DNA from: Actinomycetota bacterium
GTDB taxonomy: Bacteria; Actinomycetota; Actinomycetes; S36-B12; UBA5976
Direction of reading: 5' to 3'
Length of the DNA stretch: 64,000 nt
NCBI GenBank assembly: GCA_947452755.1
Contig: CANGDT010000001.1
Coordinates: 43,217-107,216 of the forward strand
Shown here piece by piece: positions 56,612 through 64,000 of the stretch (positions are counted from its first letter, which is position 1; every line of letters starts with the position of its first letter). Both the position numbers and the translations under genes were made by a program. The notes beneath the pieces were generated by a model. The model was not told the origin of the DNA and did no database searches. It saw only the letters and a program-made list of their open reading frames with translations.

Positions 56612-58054
56612 ATGACTCAGGTATCTCCATTTTGGTTAGCAGGCACAGCCACAACTAGCGACGTCGTTCGTGATGTCCAGCACCCAGGCGACGGCAGCCT
56701 TGTCGGTCAGTATTACGTTCCCACTGCACAGCAAGTCGAGCAGGCAACTGCTGCAGCATGGGCATCCCGAGACGAAACCCGCCGCACCTCCGCCTCAGAG
56801 CGCGCCGACATCCTGATGCACATCTCCAAGCGCATCGAAGAACGCCAAGAAGAGATTGCCCAGCTCATCCTCGACGAGAACGGCAAACCATTAATGTGGG
56901 CCCGTTCCGAAGCTTCACGCGCAGTGATGACGTTCCGCTGGGCTGCCGAAGAAGTACGCCGCTTCAGTGGAGAACTTCAACGTCTCGACACCGAAGCCGC
57001 AACGAAGGGGCGCATGGCAATCATTCGTCGCTTCCCAACAGGACCAGTCTTGGGAATTACCCCATTCAACTTCCCGCTCAACTTGGTTGCACACAAAGTA
57101 GCACCAGCAATCGCTGTCGGAGCGCCGGTCATTGTGAAACCTGCACCGAGTACACCTCTCAATGCACTGTTGCTTGGCGAAATTATGGCTGAAACAAATC
57201 TGCCAAAGGGCTCATGGTCCGTGCTCCCGATTGATAACGCTGATGCACCAGCTCTCGTTGCCGATCCACGTTTGCCGATTGTGTCTTTTACTGGTTCAGA
57301 CAAGGTTGGCTTCGAAATTCAAAAAGCTGTTCCAAGCAAGCACATCACCCTAGAACTTGGCGGAAACGCTGCTGCTGTGGTCCTTGAAGACTGGAAGAGC
57401 GAAGAAGATCTCAACTGGGCAGCAACACGCCTAGCTCTTTTTGGCAACTACCAAGCTGGACAGTCCTGTATTTCGGTACAACGCATTCTTATCCACGACT
57501 CACTGTTTGATGATTTGTCTTCGCGCATTGTTGCTGCGGCTGAAGCGTTGCCTAATGGCGATCCGCGTGATGCCAAGGTTGTCGTTGGTCCAATGATTAA
57601 CGAGGCTGCCGCGATTCGTGTTGAAGAGTGGATTAACGAAGCAGTTGCCGGTGGTGCGACAGTGCTTACAGGTGGAACGCGCGACGGTGCATTTATTGCG
57701 CCGACGGTTCTGACTGGTGTGCCGGTTGATGCCAAGGTTTCCTGCAACGAAGTTTTCGGTCCTGTCATGGTCCTGAACAAAGTGTCTTCCACGCAGGAAG
57801 CTTTCGATATCGTGAACGATTCACCGTTCGGCCTACAGGCTGGCGTATTCACGCACGACATCCAAACTGCATTCCGTGCACATGCTGAACTCGAAGTTGG
57901 CGGGGTTGTGATTGGTGACGTTCCAACTTTCCGTTCAGATCAAATGCCGTACGGTGGTGTCAAAGCTTCTGGCGTTGGCAAGGAAGGTTTGCGTTGGGCC
58001 ATGGAAGACATGACTCACGAACGCATTCTTGTCCTTGGCGGCCTCGAACTTTAA
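56612..58054 (+). CDS. NAD(P)-dependent aldehyde dehydrogenase (probably succinate-semialdehyde dehydrogenase)
   Basis: ALDH catalytic motifs LELGGNA (Glu) and GQSCISVQR (Cys). It is divergent from gabT, which suggests the GABA-shunt role. Confidence 0.8.
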   Translation: MTQVSPFWLAGTATTSDVVRDVQHPGDGSLVGQYYVPTAQQVEQATAAAWASRDETRRTSASERADILMHISKRIEERQEEIAQLILDENGKPLMWARSEASRAVMTFRWAAEEVRRFSGELQRLDTEAATKGRMAIIRRFPTGPVLGITPFNFPLNLVAHKVAPAIAVGAPVIVKPAPSTPLNALLLGEIMAETNLPKGSWSVLPIDNADAPALVADPRLPIVSFTGSDKVGFEIQKAVPSKHITLELGGNAAAVVLEDWKSEEDLNWAATRLALFGNYQAGQSCISVQRILIHDSLFDDLSSRIVAAAEALPNGDPRDAKVVVGPMINEAAAIRVEEWINEAVAGGATVLTGGTRDGAFIAPTVLTGVPVDAKVSCNEVFGPVMVLNKVSSTQEAFDIVNDSPFGLQAGVFTHDIQTAFRAHAELEVGGVVIGDVPTFRSDQMPYGGVKASGVGKEGLRWAMEDMTHERILVLGGLEL

Positions 58055-58071
58055 TTAGGTAGGTCTCTGTC

Positions 58072-59295
58072 GTGCGCAATGTCATTGTTCTCGGATCAAC
58101 TGGGAGCATTGGCACGCAGACACTCGACATCATTGCTGCCAATTCAGATAAATTTCGAGTTATCGGATTGTCGGCCGGTGGCAGCAATCCCAACTTGTTG
58201 GCGCAACAGGCCATCGAGTTCGCTGTTGAATATGTAGCAATTGCAAATGGGACTGCTGCACAGGACTTCCAGCTAGCACTGTATGCACATGCGCAAAAAG
58301 CTGGGTATGCCGAGGGTTCATACGAATTACCTAAATTGCTCATTGGTCCCGATGCAGCAACTCAGCTCGCCGCGGTGCCATGTGATGTTGTGGTTAACGG
58401 AATCACTGGGGCCGTCGGACTTGGGCCAACTGTTGCCGCATTGAAAGCCGGCACAACTTTGGCACTGGCAAATAAAGAGTCACTTGTGATTGGTGGGCGT
58501 GCAGTCACCTCGCTCGCGGCACCTGGCCAGATTGTTCCCGTTGATTCGGAACATTCAGCACTGGCCCAATGCCTCCTTAGTGGCGATCATTCGGAAGTGT
58601 CGCGCTTAGTTCTCACTGCCAGCGGCGGCCCATTTCGCGGTTATTCACGTGAACAGCTCGCGTCTGTCACAACAGAGCAAGCATTGAAACATCCCACGTG
58701 GGTCATGGGGCCGGTTGTAACAATCAATTCCGCCACCATGATGAACAAGGGCCTTGAAGTGATTGAAGCCCATCTTCTCTTTGGCATCCCTATGGACCGC
58801 ATTGACGTGGTCGTACATCCACAGTCAGTTGTGCACTCCATGGTGGAGTTCGTTGACGGATCAACAATTGCCCAAGCCAGTCCGCCCGACATGCATTTGC
58901 CGATAGCCCTTGGTTTGAATTGGCCACATCGAATTGCAGGTGCCGCTCAAGGGTGTGACTGGTCACAGGCAACGTCTTGGACTTTTGAACCGGTGGACAC
59001 ACAAACCTTCGCTGCCCTTGATCTTGCTCGACTAGCCGGAACGCGTGCCGGCACGGCACCAGCTGTGCTTAATGCGGCAAACGAAGTTGCAGTTCAGGCA
59101 TTCATTGATGGCTCGCTTTCATTTATTGGAATTACCGAAGTTGTCCAAGCTTCAGTGAAAAATCATCTTGATGGTCACTTTGTGTCAGACGAACACCTCA
59201 CAATAGAAGAGGTCCTTCGTGCTGCGGAGTGGGCGGACCAACACAGTCGCGAACTCATTGGTTCGCGCGACGTTCATTCACAGAACGTTCAATAG
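58072..59295 (+). CDS. dxr: 1-deoxy-D-xylulose-5-phosphate reductoisomerase
   Basis: VLGSTGSIGTQTLD NADPH motif, LANKESLV and NKGLEVIEAH. GTG start. Confidence 0.92.
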   Translation: MRNVIVLGSTGSIGTQTLDIIAANSDKFRVIGLSAGGSNPNLLAQQAIEFAVEYVAIANGTAAQDFQLALYAHAQKAGYAEGSYELPKLLIGPDAATQLAAVPCDVVVNGITGAVGLGPTVAALKAGTTLALANKESLVIGGRAVTSLAAPGQIVPVDSEHSALAQCLLSGDHSEVSRLVLTASGGPFRGYSREQLASVTTEQALKHPTWVMGPVVTINSATMMNKGLEVIEAHLLFGIPMDRIDVVVHPQSVVHSMVEFVDGSTIAQASPPDMHLPIALGLNWPHRIAGAAQGCDWSQATSWTFEPVDTQTFAALDLARLAGTRAGTAPAVLNAANEVAVQAFIDGSLSFIGITEVVQASVKNHLDGHFVSDEHLTIEEVLRAAEWADQHSRELIGSRDVHSQNVQ

Positions 59296-59308
59296 AGAGA
59301 CGGCACCT

Positions 59309-60613
59309 GTGTCATTTTTAGGAATGCTTGCGTTTGCACTCGCGTTGCTTTCATCCATTGGACTGCACGAACTTGGTCATTTCTTGCCGGCCAAGAAGTT
59401 TGGTGTGCGCGTTCCACAGTTCATGATTGGTTTCGGCCCAACTTTGTGGAAACGACAGATTGGTGAGACCGAGTTTGGGGTGAAAGCAATCCCGTTCGGT
59501 GGTTACATTCGAATGATTGGAATGTTCCTTCCCAGCACCAAGACTGAAGATGACTGGCAAAAGTTGGGTCGTCTCGAACGTGTTGTCGATGAAGCCCGCT
59601 ACGCCGCGAACTCAGAAGTAACAGAAGCGGATACGGGACGCACTTTTTATAGTCTTTCTGTACCTAAGAAAGTCACGGTCATGTTTGGCGGACCATTCAT
59701 GAACCTTGTTCTGGCGAGTTTCTTTTTCAGCATCATCATCGTGGGCATTGGTCAGCCGCAAGCAGTCCCAACGGTCACGGCAATTTCCGCCTGTGTTCCG
59801 ACGGTGGCTAATCCAGATGGAATTGTTTCAAATGATGGGTCATGTGGTGAAGGTGCGCAAACTTCCGCAGCACACGCAGGCCTCCTGGCTGGTGACAAGA
59901 TCATTTCGGTCAACGGCCAGCAAATCTCTACGTGGGATGACTTCGGGAATGCGGTTCGCCCAATACCGGGTACGACCGTTGACGTTGCATTTATTCGTGA
60001 CGGCGTCACAGTCACCAAGAGCGTCACGATTGGTGCAATTGCAAAATCTTTCGTCGATGGAACGTCAAGTTCAGCAGGCGAGCAAGACAGCTATGGGTTC
60101 TTTGGCATTCAGCCTGAAATTGTTCACGAGCGTGGATCGTTCAGTGAAGTATTTCCGTTCATGCGTGACATGTCGATGAGTGCAGTCACCGGACTTGCAA
60201 GTTTTCCCCAAGCAGTGTGGCAGACAGCAACCGACATGGTTAGCGGTAAGCCACGCGATCCCAATGGGCCGGTGAGCGTTGTTGGCATTGGCAAAATCAG
60301 CGGCGACATCGCATCAGCTCCAAGCGTTTCACTTGCAGACAAAATTTCTGAGTTCTTGTTCCTCATTGGTTCGGTCAATCTCTTTTTGTTCCTTTTCAAC
60401 CTAGTTCCGATCCCACCACTTGATGGCGGGCACATTGCTGGTGCGCTCTATGAAGGTGCGCGAAAGTTAATCGCGCGTCTACGTGGCAAGCCAAACCCAG
60501 GGCCCGCAGACACAGCACGGCTTATGCCCATCACGGTTGTTGCGACAACATTTTTGATCGTCATGTCGCTGGTTACTGTGATTGCCGACCTCATCAACCC
60601 CATTTCTTTCTAA
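59309..60613 (+). CDS. rseP: Site-2 (M50) intramembrane metalloprotease with PDZ domain
   Basis: HELGHF and NLVPIPPLDGGH motifs with a central PDZ-like segment. The start is set to GTG 59309, because the track start at 59219 overlaps dxr by 77 bp. Confidence 0.88.
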   Translation: MSFLGMLAFALALLSSIGLHELGHFLPAKKFGVRVPQFMIGFGPTLWKRQIGETEFGVKAIPFGGYIRMIGMFLPSTKTEDDWQKLGRLERVVDEARYAANSEVTEADTGRTFYSLSVPKKVTVMFGGPFMNLVLASFFFSIIIVGIGQPQAVPTVTAISACVPTVANPDGIVSNDGSCGEGAQTSAAHAGLLAGDKIISVNGQQISTWDDFGNAVRPIPGTTVDVAFIRDGVTVTKSVTIGAIAKSFVDGTSSSAGEQDSYGFFGIQPEIVHERGSFSEVFPFMRDMSMSAVTGLASFPQAVWQTATDMVSGKPRDPNGPVSVVGIGKISGDIASAPSVSLADKISEFLFLIGSVNLFLFLFNLVPIPPLDGGHIAGALYEGARKLIARLRGKPNPGPADTARLMPITVVATTFLIVMSLVTVIADLINPISF

Positions 60614-60695
60614 GCCGCCGCGAAACTGAGCGCTTGTTGCCCGCAAATCATGTGGTGGTCAGGCGCTTTTGATGTACGTACCCGATAATGGTTAT

Positions 60696-61850
60696 ATGAC
60701 CGTCAACCTTGGGCTACCGTCACTTCCGCCACCTGTGCTTGCGCCACGTCGCAAATCACGCCAGTTGATCCTCAAGCACCCAACACATCCTGTTGCGGTT
60801 GGTGGCGATGCGCCGATTAGCGTGCAGTCGATGGCGACAACTCTGACAGCAAATGTAGATGCCACGTTGCAGCAGATTGCCGAACTTACCGCCTCAGGTT
60901 GTCAGGTTGTCCGCGTAGCGGTGCCGAGCCAAGATGATGCTGACGCATTGCCGATGATTGCGAAAAAATCTGGCATCCCAGTCATCGCTGACATTCATTT
61001 TCAGCCGAAATATGTTTTTGCCGCAATCGACGCTGGCGTGGCCGCTGTCCGAGTTAATCCTGGCAACATCAAACAATTTGATGACAAGGTCAAGGAGATT
61101 GCAAAGGCTGCAGGTGATGCAGGTATTCCGATTCGAATTGGTGTGAATGCAGGATCACTCGATAAGCGCTTACTGGAAAAATACGGCAAGGCAACGCCAG
61201 AGGCACTTGTTGAGTCAGCCCTCTGGGAATGTTCACTCTTTGAAGAACATGGTTTCCGCGATATCAAAATTTCAGTCAAACACCATGACCCGGTAGTTAT
61301 GGTGCAGGCGTACCGCTTACTGGCTGCACAGTGCGACTATCCGCTGCATTTAGGTGTCACCGAAGCGGGACCAACGTTCCAAGGCACAATCAAATCTGCC
61401 GTCGCATTCGGTGCACTTCTCAGCCAAGGCATTGGGGACACAATTCGAGTGTCGTTATCTGCGCCACCAGTTGAAGAAGTCAAGGTTGGCAACCAGATTC
61501 TTGAATCACTCAATTTGCGTGCACGTGGACTTGAAATCGTGTCCTGTCCTTCGTGTGGTCGGGCTCAAGTAGATGTGTACACACTTGCTGAGCAAGTAAC
61601 AGCTGGTCTTGAAGGTTTAGAAGTACCTTTGCGCGTGGCAGTCATGGGCTGTGTCGTGAATGGTCCTGGCGAAGCACGTGAAGCAGATCTTGGTGTTGCT
61701 AGCGGTAACGGTAAGGGTCAGATTTTCGTTAAGGGTGAAGTCATCAAAACGGTTCCCGAAGCACAGATTGTCGAAACGCTGATTGAAGAAGCAATGAAAC
61801 TCGCAGAGTCGATGGAAGCCGAAGGCGCTCCGATCGTCTCTGTGTCGTAG
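60696..61850 (+). CDS. ispG: 4-hydroxy-3-methylbut-2-en-1-yl diphosphate synthase
   Basis: The N-terminus MTVNLGLP...APRRKSRQL matches the actinobacterial IspG pattern. Fe-S cysteines CPSCGR and [10 protein letters not shown]. Confidence 0.92.
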   Translation: MTVNLGLPSLPPPVLAPRRKSRQLILKHPTHPVAVGGDAPISVQSMATTLTANVDATLQQIAELTASGCQVVRVAVPSQDDADALPMIAKKSGIPVIADIHFQPKYVFAAIDAGVAAVRVNPGNIKQFDDKVKEIAKAAGDAGIPIRIGVNAGSLDKRLLEKYGKATPEALVESALWECSLFEEHGFRDIKISVKHHDPVVMVQAYRLLAAQCDYPLHLGVTEAGPTFQGTIKSAVAFGALLSQGIGDTIRVSLSAPPVEEVKVGNQILESLNLRARGLEIVSCPSCGRAQVDVYTLAEQVTAGLEGLEVPLRVAVMGCVVNGPGEAREADLGVASGNGKGQIFVKGEVIKTVPEAQIVETLIEEAMKLAESMEAEGAPIVSVS

Positions 61851-61852
61851 TA

Positions 61853-62692
61853 ATGGCCCATGAAGTCAAAGCGATAGACAACGCATCACTTCCTGCGTTG
61901 CGCGCGCTCATTGAGCGTGAACCAATTCGTCACTGCTTTGTTGCATCTCGAATTGAAGCTGGCGGACGAAGTTTTTGGAAGCCTAGTTTTCCTGACATCC
62001 TCGGATACTTTGATGATGGCCATTTGAAATCAGCCTTGTTGCTTGGCGCCAACGTCGTCCCCATCAACACATCTCAAACAGCTCGCCGAGAATTCGCCGA
62101 TGTCCTTATTCGCGCGGGACGTCGGGCGTCATCAATTGTGGGTCCTGCCGAAGAGGCACTCGACTTGTGGGACCTGGTCAAAGGACCATGGGGAACTGCA
62201 CGTGAGATTCGAGCCCAACAACCTGTGTTAGCGATGACCGAACGCTCCGTTGTTCAGCCCGATGACCAAGTTCGATATTCAACGTTGGCTGACCTCGACA
62301 TCCTTGTACCTGCTTGCGTCGAGATGTTCACGCAAGAGGTAGGTATCTCGCCCCTGGTCGGTGGTTCTGCCAACTCGTATCGCACCCGCATTAGCGAGCT
62401 TGTGTCGAATCGACGATCCTTCATCAAGCGCATCGATGACACCGTCGTATTCAAAGCCGAAGTGGGATGTGTGGGCGGCGGTGTTGCTCAAATTCAAGGC
62501 GTGTGGGTTAATCCAGCTTTTCGTGCCCAGGGGATTGCTGCGCCAGCAATGTCCACTGTGGTTCAACGAGTAATCGAAGACATTGCCCCAACTGCATCCC
62601 TTTATGTCAACGACTTCAATACCCCTGCGCTGGCCCTCTATAAATCGGTGGGCTTCCATCAAGTAGATACCTTTGCGACGGTCTTGTTTTAG
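61853..62692 (+). CDS. GNAT-family N-acetyltransferase (Rv2867c-like)
   Basis: C-terminal GNAT acetyl-CoA block QGVWVNPAFRAQGIA. It holds the conserved position directly after ispG. Confidence 0.6.
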   Translation: MAHEVKAIDNASLPALRALIEREPIRHCFVASRIEAGGRSFWKPSFPDILGYFDDGHLKSALLLGANVVPINTSQTARREFADVLIRAGRRASSIVGPAEEALDLWDLVKGPWGTAREIRAQQPVLAMTERSVVQPDDQVRYSTLADLDILVPACVEMFTQEVGISPLVGGSANSYRTRISELVSNRRSFIKRIDDTVVFKAEVGCVGGGVAQIQGVWVNPAFRAQGIAAPAMSTVVQRVIEDIAPTASLYVNDFNTPALALYKSVGFHQVDTFATVLF

Positions 62693-62770
62693 GTTTTCGG
62701 TTTGCCTTTCAAGGCTTTTGCCTCGCTATCGGTACGATGAAGTCACTATTGATGATTTTGAGGAGTAATC

Positions 62771-64000
62771 GTGCTGCGCATGTCTACGCTGTTTTTGCGG
62801 ACCCTTCGTGAGGATCCTGCAGACGCCGAAGTGCCCAGTCATCGGTTGCTCGTCCGCGGCGGTTACGTACGCCGAATTGCACCAGGTGTTTTTTCGTGGC
62901 TGCCATTGGGTTTCCTTGTGTATCGAAATGTCGAGCGCATAGTTCGTGCCGAAATGGATGCTGCTGGATTCCAGGAAGTTCATTTCCCTGCGCTCCTTCC
63001 GCGTGAGGCATACGAAGCAACAGGGCGATGGACCGAATATGGTGACAACCTGTTCCGTCTTCAGGACCGTAAAAAGGCTGATTACCTTCTCGGCCCAACT
63101 CACGAAGAAATGTTCACGTTGATGGTGAAGGGCGAGTACTCGTCCTATAAAGATTTGCCGCTTTGTATTTATCAAATTCAAACGAAGTATCGCGATGAGG
63201 CCCGACCACGTGCGGGAATTCTTCGCGGTCGTGAATTTGTGATGAAGGATTCGTATTCTTTCGATGCAACAGATGAAGGTTTGGTGAAGTCTTACGACCG
63301 TCACCGCGAAGCATATATTTCGACGTTCAATCGCCTTGGTATGTCCTTTGTGATTGTTTCGGCTATGTCTGGTGCAATGGGTGGTTCTGCCAGCGAAGAG
63401 TTTTTGGCGCCGTGCGAAAACGGCGAAGACACTTATGTGCAATGCCCTTCGTGTGGTCTTGCAGCAAATGTTGAAGCAATTGTTACTAAGGTTCCCGAGT
63501 CGATTGATTTCGCAGGCTTGCCTGCCGCGCACGTTGAAAATACGCCGGATACTCCAACAATCGCCTCGCTTGTGGATGTTTCAAATCAACGTCCAGAGTT
63601 GCGACGCTCAGATCGCGATTGGGTCGCAGCAGACACTCTGAAGAACGTCGTCGTCATGGAAGTGGCACTTGATGGAACACGCAAGCCACTCATAATTGGC
63701 CTACCCGGTGACCGTGAAGTAGACCTGAAGCGTGTCGAAGCTACGTTGCACCCGTCGTCAATCGACGCGTTTGAAGAGACTGATTTTGCGAAGTACCCAG
63801 CACTAGTCAAGGGCTACATCGGTCCAGAAGTGCTCGGCGAAAAGTCAGCATCGGGCATTCGTTACCTGGTAGATCCTCGCGTTGTCGATGGAACTCGTTG
63901 GATCACTGGGGCCAACAAGCCAGGCCATCACGTGTATGACCTTGTTGCCGGACGCGACTTTGGTTGGGATGGGGTTATCGAAGCCGCGGAGGTTCGACAA
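62771..64000 (+). CDS. proS: Prolyl-tRNA synthetase, 5' part (continues past the window end); absent from the supplied ORF track
   Basis: My own translation from GTG 62771 (AGGAG RBS at 62761) gives [47 protein letters not shown]. Class II motif 2 is [25 protein letters not shown] (about 63190-63265). The frame is open to 64000. Confidence 0.9.
   Translation, partial: MLRMSTLFLRTLREDPADAEVPSHRLLVRGGYVRRIAPGVFSWLPLGFLVYRNVERIVRAEMDAAGFQEVHFPALLPREAYEATGRWTEYGDNLFRLQDRKKADYLLGPTHEEMFTLMVKGEYSSYKDLPLCIYQIQTKYRDEARPRAGILRGREFVMKDSYSFDATDEGLVKSYDRHREAYISTFNRLGMSFVIVSAMSGAMGGSASEEFLAPCENGEDTYVQCPSCGLAANVEAIVTKVPESIDFAGLPAAHVENTPDTPTIASLVDVSNQRPELRRSDRDWVAADTLKNVVVMEVALDGTRKPLIIGLPGDREVDLKRVEATLHPSSIDAFEETDFAKYPALVKGYIGPEVLGEKSASGIRYLVDPRVVDGTRWITGANKPGHHVYDLVAGRDFGWDGVIEAAEVRQ

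Noticed and set aside
62726-63532. 268-aa minus-strand ORF
   Set aside because: It is antisense to an unambiguous proS reading frame. The composition is biased (R/C/I/F-rich) and I recognised no motifs.
1-64000. Scan for mobile elements, CRISPR arrays, rRNA/tRNA genes, prophage or recognisable defence systems
   Set aside because: Every gap longer than about 100 bp was read on both strands. I found no integrase, transposase or recombinase ORFs, no spaced repeat arrays and no cloverleaf-capable segments. The only repeats are the short duplications reported above.

Overview
This is a compact, almost fully coding 64-kb stretch of an Actinomycetota chromosome. It has mid-range GC by eye, many GTG/TTG starts and many ATGA/TAATG coupled gene junctions. 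I saw no rRNA, tRNA, CRISPR array, transposase or integrase. From my memory of M. tuberculosis (not verified here), the gene order follows the conserved actinobacterial backbone of the Rv2216->Rv2173 region: sucB-lpd, pepA, gcvT, erpA, adoK, ctaC/ctaF, qcrCAB, ctaE, trpD, an Rv2191-like exonuclease, a PimB'-like GT4, GT87, fadD, plsC, aroG, a PknL-like PASTA kinase, an MptA-like GT-C and idsA. This is followed by gabT/ALDH and the dxr-rseP-ispG-GNAT-proS block. Genes that look inserted into this backbone are an aquaporin, a BtuFCD-type importer behind a compact cobalamin riboswitch, glycerate kinase, aat, ctaD, murT/gatD, an aldolase+M20 pair, a PPi-type phosphofructokinase and a DMT transporter. 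The most notable insertion is a split carotenoid locus at about 43.3-54.5 kb. It holds core genes crtYc/Yd, crtB, crtI and crtE, plus a second tightly packed tailoring operon (CrtD-like desaturase, GT2, CruF-like hydratase, CrtA-like monooxygenase). The locus is interrupted by an orphan barstar-like gene, the MptA-like gene and a CDP-alcohol phosphatidyltransferase. This tailoring module is my best candidate for an uncharacterised system, but the call rests on by-eye motif recognition only. The rest of the window is ordinary core metabolism. All calls come from reading translated ORFs and the DNA directly; no searches were run.
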